DNA of 64,000 bases from the human T2T-CHM13v2.0 reference genome, Homo sapiens: assembly GCF_009914755.1 (NCBI RefSeq), contig NC_060930.1. The stretch is one strand, 5' to 3'. The notes beneath the pieces are model-generated. The model was not told where the DNA came from, made no database searches, and worked only from the letters and a program-made list of their open reading frames with translations. Shown one piece after another: positions 15,372 through 30,197 of the stretch. Made by a program: the position numbers and the translations under genes. Positions within the stretch are counted from its first letter, which is position 1, and every line of letters starts with the position of its first letter.

Positions 15372-16060
15372 CAGTGGGTCTCAACCCTATCACACCTAAC
15401 ACCCCGTTTTAATATAAATATTTTCTAATTTTATCTTTCTCACCTTGAAATGTAATTCATAAATGATATAACTAACATGCATATATTTTTAAAAACCAAA
15501 CTAAAACTTACCAAAATGAAGAAATAAAAGGAAAAATTATAATAAAATAATATGCATTGCAATCTGTAATGCTTAGACATGGCATCACTGGTGGGCATAA
15601 TTATGTCAGATGGTCACACTTGTATGTAGAATGACATCTACAAATGCAGACTGATGCAGTTGGGTTATGTTGGCAACTTATATTCTGCTACTGGATTATC
15701 ACTGTTGATGGGATTTTCTGAATTGGTGAACAAATCTTGGTAACATTGGGGGGGAAAGTACAGCTCTCCTTTGATACACACAGTACTTAAATTCCTAGAA
15801 AATTTAGTGTAGCTGAAAACTTAGCCAAAAGTAATTTATGTTTGAAATAGTTTGATTCTGGGTTAAGTTAGTTACAAACCAGTTTTCACCTACATAAATG
15901 TCTGGTACAGCATTTAAAATGTATGTGAGGAAAAATCCTTTATTGTATGGCACTCTCCTACACACTGTAGATTGTGCAGCATCCCTGGCATCTGTCCACT
16001 AAATGTCATAGACCTTTTGCTGCTTAGAAATGTCTCCTATCATATACCCTAGATTATCCC
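15372..16060. mobile_element. hAT-Charlie-type DNA transposon remnant (MER20B-like)
   Basis: Starts CAGTGGGTCTCAACC. Contains MER20-like TGTAG..GCAGCATCCCTGGC..CCACTA near 15965-16005. Confidence 0.5.
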
Positions 16061-16109
16061 TCTTAAGTTCAGCCATCCACGAAACTCTAGTGCATGGACA
16101 CAAGGCAGC

Positions 16110-16388
16110 CAAGTACTTTGCTATGCCTAGTAAGAGCAACCTTTGCTCCAGTTCCCAATAAGTTCCTCATTTCCATCTGATACCTCCTCTGCATGGCCTT
16201 TCCTATCTGTATTTCTATCAGCATTTTGGTTACAACACTTAACTAGTCTCTAAGAAGTTCCAAACTTTCCTTCATCTTTCTGTCTTCTTCTGAGTCCTGA
16301 AACTCTTCCAACCTTTGCCTGTTACCCAGTTCCAAAGCCACTTCCACATTTTCAAGTGTCTTTATAGCCACTCCTCATACCGATTTTC
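16110..16388 (-). mobile_element. MaLR internal (MST-int-like) 5' fragment
   Basis: Reverse complement reads GAAAATCGGTATGAGGAGTGG..AATGTGGAAGTGGCTTTGGAACTGGGTAACAGGC..CAGAAGAAGACAG. Confidence 0.78.
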
Positions 16389-17018
16389 AGTCAGTCTCTC
16401 CAGAGAGACAGAACCAATAGGAAACATATTGGTTTCCTGACACACGTTTCTATAATATATAAAGAAAGGGAATTTATTAGGGAGAATTGGCTCAGAGGAT
16501 GAAAAAGTACCAGGATAGTCCATCTATAAGCTGGAGAATGATAGAAGCATGGCTTTTAGAGAAGTTGGTAGCATGGCTCCTAGGGCAGGCAGTGGCATGA
16601 CTTGGTCCAATTCTGAAAGCCTCAAAACTAGAGAAGCTGACAATGTAGGCCAGAGGCCTGAGAGCCCCTGAGAGGCCACTGGTGCAAGTCCCAGAGTCCG
16701 AAGGCCAAAGACCCTGGAGTCTGATGTGCAAAGGCAGGAAGAGGAAAGGGTACACTGCTACAAAAGAGAGAAAGAGAGTGTGAGCAAAAAAAGAAAAGAA
16801 AGCTGAATGTCCTCCTTCTTCCACCTGCTTTGTTCTAGCTGTGCCTGCAGCCGATTGGATGGTGCTCGCCCACGCTGAGGGCAGGTCTTCCTCTCTCAGT
16901 CCACTGACTCACATGTCAGTCTCCTCCAGAAACACCCTCACAGACACACCCAGAAACAATTCCAGCCCTCTAGGCATCCTCAATCCAGTCAAGTTGACAG
17001 CTAATGTTAACCATCACA
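16389..17018 (-). mobile_element. MLT2B-family ERVL LTR
   Basis: CTCCAGAGAGACAGAACCAATAGG...CAATCCAGTCAAGTTGACA..TAACCATCACA. Confidence 0.82.
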
Positions 17019-18559
17019 GGAGTTACCAGTTTTCTTAAAGAATCTCTGAACTGAGGTCGTATTGCCTCCCATTGCTACAAGAATGACAGAAGAACATTCC
17101 AAATAGAGGCTTTTGGAGAAAAGTTTTGACTTTCCTGGTGCAAAAGAGTTTTCTTTGTGAGATAAAGTATAATAATCATAAATAATCTATTTTTTCTTAC
17201 CCTTTAAAAATGTGTGGGGGTGAAAATGATGCAGAGGATGTAACTCTGGGTTGGTTATGATAAAAATAGGATGTGATCATTCTCTTATTTCTCAAATAAA
17301 ATAATATCCCATCCTTATTCAGCTCTCTCCTTCAAACATATTAAAGCACATATATCTTGCATTTATATTAAAATGCCCTCATTTTTCAAAATTGTTTACT
17401 AGAAGTATAATCTCTGTCTTCTCTTTTGCAGAACCTAAGTCCAGCTTTGCCTGACAATCCTGTCCTTAAGGGTAATTGTCTAGTTACCTCCTGTATCATA
17501 GTTGGGTTTCAAGATGGACATTCTAGAAATTAATAATTGGGCTGTTTAAGTCACATTGACGAATGCATTTCTCTCTTTGATACAATATATTTCTGAACAA
17601 GAAGTGGCAAAAATCAATAAATTCATATTTAACTTACAGAATTTCATAAAAATTTTTGTTGTGCTGCAGAGCAAGGAAACATGCTGCCAGTCTGTTCATT
17701 TTGATAAGAACATTCTTCTTTGAATTACAATTTTATTATGTATTTATCTGTATTATACAAAAGCCTGTGGCAATCAGAGGAGGATGTTTGAAACATCTTT
17801 GGTTTCATAGAAATTTGCATATCAAAAATATGCAATGCTGTAGTGATATATTGCATAGAAATATACAGTTCAATAAGCATAGTATTTTTCTTGGCACTTT
17901 TGAATGAAATACTTAAAGCAGTACTTTGCCTGAGTTCTAAATGTTTTTCACAGAAATCTTCCACATCTATCTTTCATTTCTATTTCATATAAAGAGGTAG
18001 AGAAATGTCGTGATGTAATATTTTCTTGTATAATAGCATTAAATTAGTCCCTTTCTTCTGGAATGCTAAAAGCACTTTTCTGTTTCCTTGTTTTATCATT
18101 ATATATAGCATATTTGTGGAACCAGATAAGACAAGCATTATTCCTATTTTGTAAGTAAACAAACTGAAGTACAAAGGCATTAAATAGACAAGAGCAAAGA
18201 CCTGCAACAAAATATGTCAGGGTAGAGGGGACTTTTCAGAGAGCTGGGTCCTAGGGTATCCTGAGAGGGAAAGCCAGGGGGTTCCAGCTGATCATGTTGA
18301 ACCTGACTCACAAACTAGTAGGCTCAACCATGGCTTGGAGGACCCAGGAGTGTCAGCGGACTTAATGTACTCAGATACCCCACAAAGTGGTGTGCAGTTA
18401 CGTCATCAGCAGTCATCAAAGGGTATTCTACTTTTCCTAGCAAACACTGTGAATGGTAATACTTTAACTCAAGCAAATACTAAATACTAAAATTATTGTC
18501 TTCCCAACTCTTACCCTCTCTCCTTGAACTGAAAATAGAGCTGTGTCAGGTCTTACAGA

Positions 18560-18561
<2 letters not shown>

Positions 18562-18607
<46 letters not shown>
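18562..18607 (+). repeat. (TG)23 microsatellite
   Basis: Direct read. Confidence 0.97.
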
Positions 18608-18609
<2 letters not shown>

Positions 18610-20403
18610 GGGGGAGGGGAATGAAAATAAGGTGTTGCTCAATCTTAGAGGAAATGAGGCACACCACACCTGCACCAGCTGAACTTACAAATGGCTGGGT
18701 AGCCACAGAGAGTATTTTCCCTTCACTTTGGTGTTCATGGTAAACACTCAGGCAGAGTCTGCTGACTGATGGAAAGGGAATGGGTTTGCCTATTGAACAT
18801 TATCTGAATAGCCATTCGATGACTGATGTGCTTTTCTTGAACTTCGGTAAATTGATTTCTGTAGGAAAATCATGATGATTATGTAAAAACAGTATTTTAA
18901 ACTACACATTAAAGGAGGCATAAGATTCATCAATTTTTTCATCTCCGATGAGGAAAATGGCAAGCAAGATCTAAACCAGCTTGATAATAGCCTTTCTGTT
19001 TAACTTAGGATCTTTGACCAAGAGCAGAGCCACTTGACAGCTTGCACAGTTTCTTCCTCCTTTCCAATAGTATGGATAAAATTCCATCACAAAACAGAAG
19101 ATTGAGAAGCATCAATGATCATCCAGGATAGGAGATTTGATAAGCTATGCTCGTGGTCCAACACATTAGAACAATGAGTGAAGACTCTGAGCATAAAGTC
19201 ATGCAATCAGATTAGACACAAAAGCAGTGACCTGCCAGACATGCCTCATGACATCTGCATGGGGAACAAAGTTAGGTTCTTGGGAATCCATTGAGAAAGT
19301 GACAATGTAGAAAGAAGATAGGAGACAGTGGGACTATTGAAGAGAGACACCCAATTAAGGAATTTCACAGGAATTTCAACATAGGGTACTGCTAATCCCC
19401 TCTTCTAAATGTTTGCTGACAAACGTGTAGAGCTTGTATTAGGGTGGAAACTGGAGCAGGCTAGGGAATAGGGAAGTGGAATTCTACTCTTTCTTTGCTG
19501 TATAACCTCAGGCAAAGTATCTTCATTCCTATCCAGCTTTGTGTCTTCATTTGTAAAAGGATTGAGTTAGACTGAGGTGTTGTTTTAGAGGTCCCTTTCG
19601 ATTCCAAACAATCTAAAATTCTGTGACATCTCAAAATATCCTAGAGTAATGCAAATGCCACTTTTTAATATCTAGCATTAAAAACAACAAAAATAGCAAG
19701 GGCTGCTTACAGGCATCTGTACTACCATGAGCACAAATTGGACACATTCATTACAAAGCAGAGAAAATGCATTGGGTCTATTTCACAAAAATCATATCCT
19801 GAGGAAGAGAAATGTGTCAAAAGGTACCAGATTATGTGCCAAAATAGGAAATATTGTTCAAGTTGCAGGTGACCTTTCATAGTGAGATCATTCACTTGCT
19901 GGTTATGCTGTCACGTAACTTAATACTGCTCTTTAAAGGTCATTGCCATGGGTGTGCCCCTGGGCACGTCCTAATATAAGCCTCTAATTTACTTTCCCCC
20001 CATAAAATATATCCTATAATGAGGCATAATTCCCCCACCCACTCCGAGTCTGGTGGGAAACATATTTATCCTTGTATTATAAGCATTTTACATTTAAAGA
20101 TATTGATGGGGGAGGAGGAAAGGTAAGACACTTCATTGCAAACCTTTGTTGCCTTCACTGATTAGGAAAGAAGTCATTCTATAATAGGAGAATTTTCCCA
20201 CATAGCTAGAAGTGTTTAACTGTTTATATTACAACTTTGAAAAAAATTAGAATCTTTATGTAAAGTACCAAATGTGGTATAACTGTATGCTTCTGGCAAC
20301 AGAAAACACTCAGCAACATTTGACTGTATGTTGTCACTTTCATTTATTTTACTTGGTTCCAAGGTCTCTCTTGAGAGTGGCCATAAGCGAAAAATCACCA
20401 TTC

Positions 20404-21012
20404 TGTAGGATACCCCTGACTAGGTCAGGTGTGTGTGTGTCAGGTGAGACACAATGAGAAGGTGAAACGAAAATGCATGAAATGGAAGAAATTTGTTACT
20501 CACAAGTCCCAGATAGGTAAGGGGTAATGACAGGTGGGTGACGTGGTGGGGAGTGCAGGGGAGGACTGATGGGAAGTCCAGAGGCAGCAGGGAACATAAC
20601 CAGTGGATGGGAAAGTGAGAGAGGATTGAGAGAGAGAGGGAGCAAAACAGAACCTATGGACCTGTGAGATTCTGCCTATACTAAGGTCCATAGGCATTAT
20701 CCCTCAGGCTCTCATGGGGATTGTGGATTAGCTAGTTTGAAGAAAACGTGCATGAAGGGGGAAACATATTTACATGATTCTGCTGTTGACCATTAGGTTT
20801 TATTGTGGTCAGTAGCTGTGGGATATGTCAGCTTTTGAGTCAGTGAGATAAGGAACAAGTGGGCCAAATTGCAAACAACCATACAAGGGGGGAAGTTTGA
20901 ACTTCCCTCCTTGTGAGCCAAAGGTCATAGAGCTCATTCAGGTTTCAGACAACTTGTGTCAGGACTAAACATGGATGCCAAGGCAGCAGCTACATTAAAC
21001 AAATGTATGACA
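20404..21012 (-). mobile_element. ERVL-type solo LTR (MER76-like)
   Basis: TG...CA termini. Minus strand begins TGTCATACATTTGTTTAAT..GCTGCCTTGGCATCCAT, resembling recalled MER76. Confidence 0.6.
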
Positions 21013-22193
21013 TTGCTCCTTACTGATTCAGGTTCGTAACGTGCAATGTGATTTAGCAAACGTACAGCAAGTGTCTCCAGTGTGACTGGCCTGTGCAAAG
21101 GTTGGAATAGATAGACTCAAACTCTGTGTAGGTTTGTGTTGTCATCCAGGTATCGGCAGTTGAGCTTGACTCAATGCTACTACATCCTAGGTATGTATGT
21201 CTTCTGCCTGCCTCTCAAGATCAGTCAAACTGCAGGACTAGTGGGCACATCTTCATAGTGATATCATATGGCCTTGAAGGAAGATGAAGCTTAAAGGGGT
21301 TAATAGATGCGATGCTACATCACTACCCAAATTATGGGCCAGTCCTCATGGATTACTGTTTTAAAGATGACTAATGGGCAACTTTACCTCTGACACTGTA
21401 GCTATTACTAGTAATGTGAAGCAAAAGTAGAGAAGGAATAACATAAGCCAACATATTTCATAGTTAAGGTGATGTCCTACAGAATATAATTCACACTTAA
21501 CATCATACGAATTGGCCTCTTGGTACTATGTCTATTAAAGCAGAATTTTTAAGTATTTCAATATCATGAATAAGGTTTTTTAAGAAAAAAAGAATGCACG
21601 TAAAACCATTCTCCTTTTATGAAACTGTATTTTAAAATGGAGAAACCAAAAAGATATGGTTCTAGAATGAACTGTGATGTCAACTGCATGAGCTTGACAA
21701 GGTCTCCCTAGATCTGTGGAACTTGCTATCCTTTATAAGCCAGGGAAAAGCAAACTGCTAAGTTATCTACCAGGTTCTATGCCAGAGTCACACCCTGTGC
21801 AATTATGTCTCACAGTTGACCACATTAGTAATTCTGGGGCTAAACTCAAGTTTTCCCACAAAGTTGAAGAATTTAGAGGGAGTGGAGAGAGAGAGCCAAT
21901 AAGTTTGTAAGCTTTAAATTTAGAAATCCCTGGGTAGCCTTAGCCAGCTTTCTTTCCTATATTGCTGCACAAACTTGCTAACCAGCAGTCCTTGTAAAAC
22001 CAGGCACCAGGAGAGTCAGCCCTACTGATGCTGACAGAGTTCAAGAGAGAGTAAAGTCACAGTCACGAGTAGTTTCTCGATACAGATGGGGAAGAGAAAA
22101 CTTTCCTAGAGGTATGCTAGGCAGCATTTCAAAGGCCCTTAGGATGTTGTACTCTTCTCAGCCTGTTAATCTCCCTGGTCTGACTATTACCCT

Positions 22194-22626
22194 TGTATTA
22201 GTAGGCCATTCTTGCATTGCCATAAATAAATACCTGTGACTGAGTAATTTATAAGAAAAGGAGTTTAATTGGCTCGTGGTGGTTCTGCAGGTTGTACAGG
22301 AAGCATAGCACTAGCATCTGCTTCTGGGGAGGCCTCAGGAAGCTTACAATCATGGCAGAAGGTGAAGGGGGAGCAGGCACATCACATAGTGAGAGCAGGA
22401 GTGGCGAGGGGCAGTGGTGGGGGAGGGGGAGGGATCACACACTTTTAAATGACCAGATCTTATGAAAACTCACTATCATGAGGACAGCACCAAGGGGATA
22501 GTGCTAAACCAGTCATGAGAAATTCACCCCCGTGATCCAATCGCCTCCCACCAGATCCCACCTCCAATACTGGGGATTTCAATTCAACATGAGATTTGGT
22601 TGGGGACAAATATCCAAACTACGTCA
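22194..22626 (-). mobile_element. MSTA/MSTB MaLR solo LTR
   Basis: TGTATTAG...GGGACAAATATCCAAACTACGTCA with TSD ACCCT/ACCAT. Confidence 0.9.
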
Positions 22627-24319
22627 ACCATCATAAGGTTAAAATTAAAAGAATAAGATGATTTTCTAACAGAATCACAAGCAAAGAGAAGAAAATGCCA
22701 ATGGCCTCCAGGGTAGAAAGGCAATTCATTGTCTTCCAATTTATCCCTTCATCTTCCATCTAGCATTGCCAGCTTTCATGCCAAAAGAAGTTTGCAGGAA
22801 ATTTTTCATTGAGGAAAATACATTCCTGGGGCCTTAGGAAAGTACCTTTATGTGACACGTCATCAGTCTTGGTATTCAGGTCTTCAGAGCAGATGACATG
22901 GGCATGAACAGGGACTGTGTAAATGTGAGTGTGTGTGTTGAGGGGAGGACGAGGGCAGGAAGAAAGATACATGGTGTCAACAAAAATTGGATCCTGCTTG
23001 CCATGGACCTGAATAGTGCCTGGAAGATAGAAATACTAGTCATATAATCCTGGGAATCAACAGTTAATCCTCAACAACTGAGATAATACCACCAACCCAC
23101 CTTTGTCTCTGCCATTTACCCTATCAGACAAAGAATAGTCAAGAGTTACTGAAGGCTATAATATTTAAAGCCTTTAAAAAGCCTCTAGGTTCTTTTTGTT
23201 TTGAAATTTCATTGGCCAAATTCCAGAAGAGGAATCTTGTTCTTGTTGACTAAGAGATATAGTCCAGGAATCATCCAGAGCTAAGGAAATTTGGATCCTC
23301 TAGCAAGGCATGCTTATGTCATCTGTAACAGCACAAGCCTAACCATTCCTTAAAGTAGGGCTCTCTGCAGGTTTCCTAGACTAGGCTTATTGGAATTGGT
23401 TGACCAGTAAGTACCAACTTAGATAGGGACTCTCTTTAGAATCCTCCTAGGCTGAGGATGACCTAGCAGTCCAGCTTCATCTGTCAGGAAAATGTTTACA
23501 GAGATGTTATTTCCTTAGACTTGGGAGCAGGGGTTGTTGATCGCTGTTTTGCAATAATGAGGCAGGACTCGCTAGGAAAAAGAATTACGTTTCAGGGGAA
23601 TGGTTCAAACTACAGACAACATGGCCTTTGGAATTTCCCCTGGGAAAGTATCAAGGAAAATTCTTAATAACCAGAGGGTTAAAACTATCCTCAGTGCAAG
23701 ACTGTGAGTATCAGATATGTATATAAGAATTTTAATTCGCACCATAGATTTAAGAAAATTTGATAATGTCATATATCTTTTTTTTAAGTTCAAATTGCCT
23801 AAGACTTATCTCAGGTGCTTGCCTTAAAAATCAAGATTTAAAAATCACACACATATATATATACACAAACATACACAGCTTTTCTAGGGTCTGGTACTTC
23901 AAGCTCTTTAAGACACTTTAACAATTGGGAATTTTTCAGTGAGAAAATTCATGGTTGATTAAGTTGAGTCATTTACAAATAATAGTAGAGCTTCCAATGA
24001 AGTAAAACTTCTTTGTAATTCAAGAGGTGATTGAGTCTTCAATGAACCTATGCCTTGTGTTCAACTTCTAGGAGATACTGGCTTAAAGTAGGAGATTAAT
24101 CTATATCAGAGAGTATGTAATGGGGAGAAGTGAGTCAGTTATATTCATCACTAATCTATGCTAAGCAGAGCTTCAGTTTCTCAGTTCCCTAGCCAGCTGT
24201 TTTGATGACAATGGAGGGAAACATTTTTTTTGTTTAATACTTTCATTAAAAGATCAAAGAACTCATTACTGACAACAGTACTAAAAGTGTATTAATCAAA
24301 CGAAAAAGATAACACTCCT

Positions 24320-26090
24320 CATTTATTCAACTGATATTTAGTGAGTACCTCTTTTGTGCTACTAATCTATCAGACAAGGGATGCTCAATGGAAATTATGG
24401 TACAAACTCTACACTCATGGAGTTTATAGACTAGTAGGAGAGATGGACCAATAAGCAGACAATTGCCATGTGATGTGATAAGCTGACACTCTGGTCTTTC
24501 TGGCAGCCAGCACCCATCCTCATTCGCTGGGCTGAGAACAGCCCACTACCCACAAGGGAAGGCCTTGACAGCCATGTTAAAATATAGGACTATGTTTCCA
24601 AGCTGTAGTGATTATTTCAAGGATGGCACTGTATTCCAACTGGTGAGTCAGAATATCTTTCTTTTAGTATTAGAGTTGAGAAATAAAGTGCTAGCGTATC
24701 AGAGTAGGTTGCTTGAACTGGGTGAATAGCAGATGGGGCCAGTGGAGGAGGAGTGGTCGACTTGGTATGTACTGTTTTTACTCTCAGCACTTTGGATACC
24801 AAATGCATGGGTTTTTTCTTCACACCAACCAATTCTCCAACTATCTGGACTCCGACTGGTTGTCTTATAATTCAGTTCTCACATGAACCCCACAAGTTGA
24901 GGGCTGAGTTCCACAAGACTGCCCTCACTGTGGATGCCAGTCACTAGGATCAAGTAACTAGGGCACCCACACTCTCTGACTTATATGCAAAGTCTGGGGT
25001 TCCCACAACCCCCTCCTAAGTTTTGATGACTTGCTAGAATCACTCACAGATCTCAGGTAGACACTTTACTTACCATTACCAGTTTATCATAAAGGATACA
25101 ACTCAGAAGCAGCCAATTGGAAGAGATGCCCAGGGCATGTGGCAAAGGTCAAGAAGCTTCCCTGGGCTCTCTGAGCCCCTACCCATCACCTCCATGTGTT
25201 CACTGGCCCTGAAGGTCTCTGAACCCCATTGTTGAGGGGTTTTGTGGAGGTTTTGTTATGTAGGAATGATTGATTAAATCATTGGCCACTGATGACTCAG
25301 TCTCTAGCCCCCTCCCCTCCCTGGAGGTTGAGGGTGGGTGTGGAAGGGAAGGTTGGGTAAAACTTCCAACCCTTTAATCATGCCTTGGTCTTTCTGGCAG
25401 CCAGCACTCATCCTCACTTTATCTAGGGACCAACCAAGAGTTGCGTCTTTAAAACAAAAGATATTCCTATCACCCAAGAAATTCCAAGGCATTAGGAAGC
25501 TGTATGCCAGAAACCTAGGGACAAAGACAAAATATGTATTTATCACACCTGCCGTGGAGATGCCTAACAGTGCAATCTGACCTTCAGAGAGAGAAGACAT
25601 GTAAGAGATGTAGAGGAGAAATAGTAGCAAGAGACTTCAGGACTCAACACAGGAAGAGAAAGAGACCAAGCAATCGGTAGTTCCATTTTCCAATGGCTTC
25701 CCAGACAACAAAGTGGTTCCCACCTTTCCAGAGGCACAGTTGTTCAACTTTGCCTCAGGTTCTATGAGATACCCCAGCATTTTTTTTTTTTTAATTTTTT
25801 AGCCTTGCCTTGTTTCAAATGAAGTTCTATTATTACCGAAAGTATCTGGACCAAGACATATTTCTATAGGGGTAAGAATATGATGTTATGGGATCATCTG
25901 GGAGGGAACTAGCTCAGTTTAGAACATGGAAGGATTTCCTAGCGAAGTACTATCGGAGCTGTATTCTAAAGGAGAATAGAAATCAGCCAGCAGGTGTCTT
26001 AGGCAAAGAGAACAGCACCTGCAAAGCCCAGAGGTTAGATAGTATGACCCACTTTGGGAGCTACGAAAGATTTTCTGTGGGTAAAGTATA
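24320..26090 (-). mobile_element. L2 fragment interrupted by an LTR16-like LTR (~24490-25860), itself interrupted by MER21
   Basis: L2 3'-end motif CATTTATTCAAC..TTTAGTGAGTACC at 24320, with L2 resuming ~25860. LTR16-like end ..CCAAGACA at 25858. Confidence 0.5.
24760..25547 (-). mobile_element. MER21B-like ERVL LTR
   Basis: CCACAAGACTGCCC, AAAGGATACAACTCAG, GAAATTCCAAGG..ATATGTATTTATCACA. Confidence 0.78.
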
Positions 26091-26129
26091 TAGCTAGGAG
26101 CAGCATATATGTTTGTGGGAGGAGAATAT

Positions 26130-26397
26130 CAGTGTCAAGAGATGACTCTCCCAGGTCATTGGCAGAATTCATTTTTTTTTTTTTTTTTTGCAACAGTAGG
26201 AATTATGGCAGCTTGCTTCTTCAAAGCCAACAGCTGAGAGGGAAAGAGAGACAGAGCCAGCAGGATGGGATTTTATATAACATAATGTAGTTTAGGGGGT
26301 GGAATCACCTTTTCCATATTCTACTAGTTAGAAGCAAATCACACACACGGGGCATGAGCACCAGGAGTTGAAGCCACCTTAAAGCGTGTTCATCACA
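26130..26397 (-). mobile_element. MLT1 (E/F/G-like) LTR fragment
   Basis: TGGCAGCTTGCTTCTTCAAAGCCA, ATATTCTACTAGTTAGAAGCAA, GGGCATGA..ACCAGGAG. Confidence 0.62.
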
Positions 26398-26649
26398 GCG
26401 CCCTGCTGTATGCTTTTACTTAGTCCACTTGTGAATGAAAAGGTGGGCTGCATTGCAGCTTTTCTGGCACAATCCACTATTCTATCATGAAGGAACTTTA
26501 ATCTTGGGAAAATTTTATGACCTGAAAAGTCTACTAGGAAATATTTCTGCAGTGTCAGCAAGTATCATGTATTCTGCTTTACCACAAAAACTGTATCTGC
26601 TGCATCATCTTGTGGTCAAAGGCAAATTATGGTTCAAAAGTGTCTGGCA

Positions 26650-26941
<292 letters not shown>

Positions 26942-27816
26942 GATGTATGGTTAATTCAATTATGCCATAACATGTTTTCAGGGTTCCTGAAAACAGATGC
27001 TCAGTCAACTACTCTAACATCTTTCTTGAATGTTTACTGATTGAAACATCTTAAAGACTTTTTTCTTCAAGTTACTAGTATGTATAGGATTATCCTCTTC
27101 TTTATACTGTATCTGTGTTGTCTATTTTCAATACACAATATTAGAGGCAATACCTACCTGTGTTTAGTGTGTTCTCTATGATGCAGCACGCCATCAGGGA
27201 GTGTAGGTCTCTAATGCATGCCATCTGGTGATTCAGGGCCATGTGTGTGAATAAACAGTGACTCTGCTGATTACCTACTCGGTATGTGCATTTAATTAAG
27301 TGCACAAATTCCTACAGGCATGTGGTTAAAGGGACTTTGGCAGATTTCCCCTCTGGAGGGCTTGGCTGTATGAAGCTGGAACCCTCCCTGGCACTGGAAT
27401 TCCAAACGTGCCTGCATTTGTAACAGTAAAGAGTGGTTTAACATCATGGAGGCTTTCAACTGCTTACATTTCAGTTTATAGCCGAAGCACTGTAATAACT
27501 CACACTGAAATAGAATATGTTTTTTTTAGGGGTACCGTATCTGTTTACTTCATGCAAAATTAACATTTATAAACAAAAAATGTGAATACCACAACATAAC
27601 AGTATCAAAACAACCTGTGTGTGAGGTTTGATCCTTTCAGCAGTTGTTCTTCAGATATATTGCTTTGTATTACAGAGCAACTCAATGAGAATGGTATTTT
27701 AAAACAGAAACCTACATAAACAAAATACACATTTTTTTCTAAAATATAGTGACAAAATCATAGTACTTTGGAAGTTAATTTAGAATATTTCAAACTAAAA
27801 TTGTGTGTGTGTGTGA

Positions 27817-28144
<328 letters not shown>

Positions 28145-28792
28145 TGTGTGAAGCTTTTTAAATGGGCACATTTACTAATAGATGGTATTGAATTCCATTT
28201 GAGGCAGTGCAGTGGGAAGGGCACAGAAATGAGAACCAGAAAGAAATCACCTCCAGATCTGGCACTCCCAAGCTTTCAGATTTGCGGAGAATTAGCATTT
28301 CCTGGGTCTCAGCTTAGCTCTAACAATTGGACTCCCTGAAAAGATGCAAAATAAAAGCAAATATAAGTAAGATGTGATCAAATGTCCTATTCGACTTGAA
28401 CTTTAGACATTAGAACATCTGTGTGTCTAAATGCTTTGCTTAACTTCTCAGTAACCTTTTCACAATCAGCAAAGAATAGAAGGGCATTCTTCGCTGTGTG
28501 GGGAAGCCCTTCAAGCTGTGAACTACTGAAGAGGTCAGAGTGGTGGCTGTGGAAGCCCAGTGTCTCCTACAATATGCAGATACTGATCTGTTCATTGTTG
28601 GCTAAGAGGCTCCTGTGGAAAAGCTGCAGCTCCAGCTGTAGACCCCTAAGGGGCTTGCCAAGAGAATCCCCAATTAGACAGAAGAATGAAGAGATGGTGA
28701 ATAATTTCTCTTTCTTTCTGATTACAATCTAAATACTGGGAATAGCACAACGGGAAAAATGTATGTAATGCTTATATTGTTCCCAATGCTTC

Positions 28793-29092
28793 TTTTTTTT
28801 TTTTTTTTTTTTCTGAGATGGAGTTTTGCTCTGTCGCCCAGGCTTGAGTGCAGTGGCACAATCTTGGCTCACTGCCGCTGCCACAAGTGATTCTCCTGCC
28901 TCAGGCTCCCAAGTAGCTGGGATTACAGGTGCACGCCACCATGCCTGGCTAATTTTTTTTTATTTTATTTTTAGTAGAGATGGAGTTTCGCTATATTGGC
29001 CAGGCTGGTCTTGAACTCCTGACCTCAGGTGATTCACCCGCCTCGGCCTCCCAAAGTGCTGGGATTACAGGCGTGAGCCACCACTCCTGGCC
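28793..29092 (-). mobile_element. AluSx with a short internal deletion in the right arm
   Basis: Poly-T tail. CACTGCCGCTGCCACAAGTGATTC replaces the usual longer segment. Confidence 0.93.
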
Positions 29093-30197
29093 CATTCTAT
29101 TGCTTCGTCTTGCCTGAGAGTATGAATCCCAGAACAGATACCCATGTTTTATAGACAGATCAGGAGATGAGAAATACTGTATGTGCACGAACATCATTTT
29201 ATCTGTGTTTTTAGATGTCATCTTTGAATGCCAAATGTTGTTCCTTGGAAAGTTGGTTGTTTTTTTCCCCCTCAACTACTGTATCTTTCCTGCTCATTAC
29301 AAGGAAAATAGAAAATACAGTGTCTGCATTTGCTGCTCTAAGCTTCGACCTTGCACGACTCATTTCTTCTCCCATGAAAGCAGACTCCCACCCCAATCTG
29401 CTTCTTGAAAGTCCCCCAATCCCCAAAACCCACGGCATCCTTCCATCCTCCTCCTCCTCCTTTGCTCTGCGTATTTCATTCTGAGGGCTCCTCCTCCTCC
29501 TCCTCCTAGCGAACCTCCTCCCTAGGCTCCCAGAAAGCTGCAGCCCCACCTGGCTGGTCCCCTGCCTCTCTCACTCACCTCTGCAAACTTCAATAGTTTG
29601 GGATCCTCCTTCTGCTCCTCTCCCTAACTCCTCTCCTCAAATGTATCATATTCATACGGATCTCTCCTGTTCTCTGCTATATTCTTATCCTTCATAATGT
29701 CAACCAGCCTCCTGGGACTACAGCCTTTTTTCAGAGGACTCAGAAATCTCACTCCTGCCCTCTCACCTGCACCCCAACCAAACCTCCTTTCCAGTCCCCT
29801 GAATTTACAGCTGGTGCCTAAAATTCTGCATGTGTAAAAACTGAACTCATCTCAGTGCACATTATTCTCCTGGCCCCTTTTCCTGGCTCTCTGATTGCTG
29901 GGAGGCTGTGAGAATGTGCTGACTCCTGATGGACCAAGGGCACCAGGGCTGCCCTTTGGGATCATCACCCAAGCCCAGATCCACATGGGGATACCAAGGA
30001 AGCTACTTCTGGAGAAGGTAAAGGACTCCCCAGTGGCTTTGCCAGATCTTCCATAGACTGTGATTGAGGCAGCTTCCATCCAATTTTCCCTCCCCCTCTC
30101 TCACTCTGTCTCTCTCAGCTTCCTTACTATACCCATTCACACACATACATCTCCTCCCCTAAGAAAACCCTTGCATGTTTAATCCTCTCTTAGCATC

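Noticed and set aside
29211-29549. 112-aa ORF with RRRRR/EEEED runs
   Set aside because: The runs arise from (CCT)n low-complexity tracts in an L2-like region.
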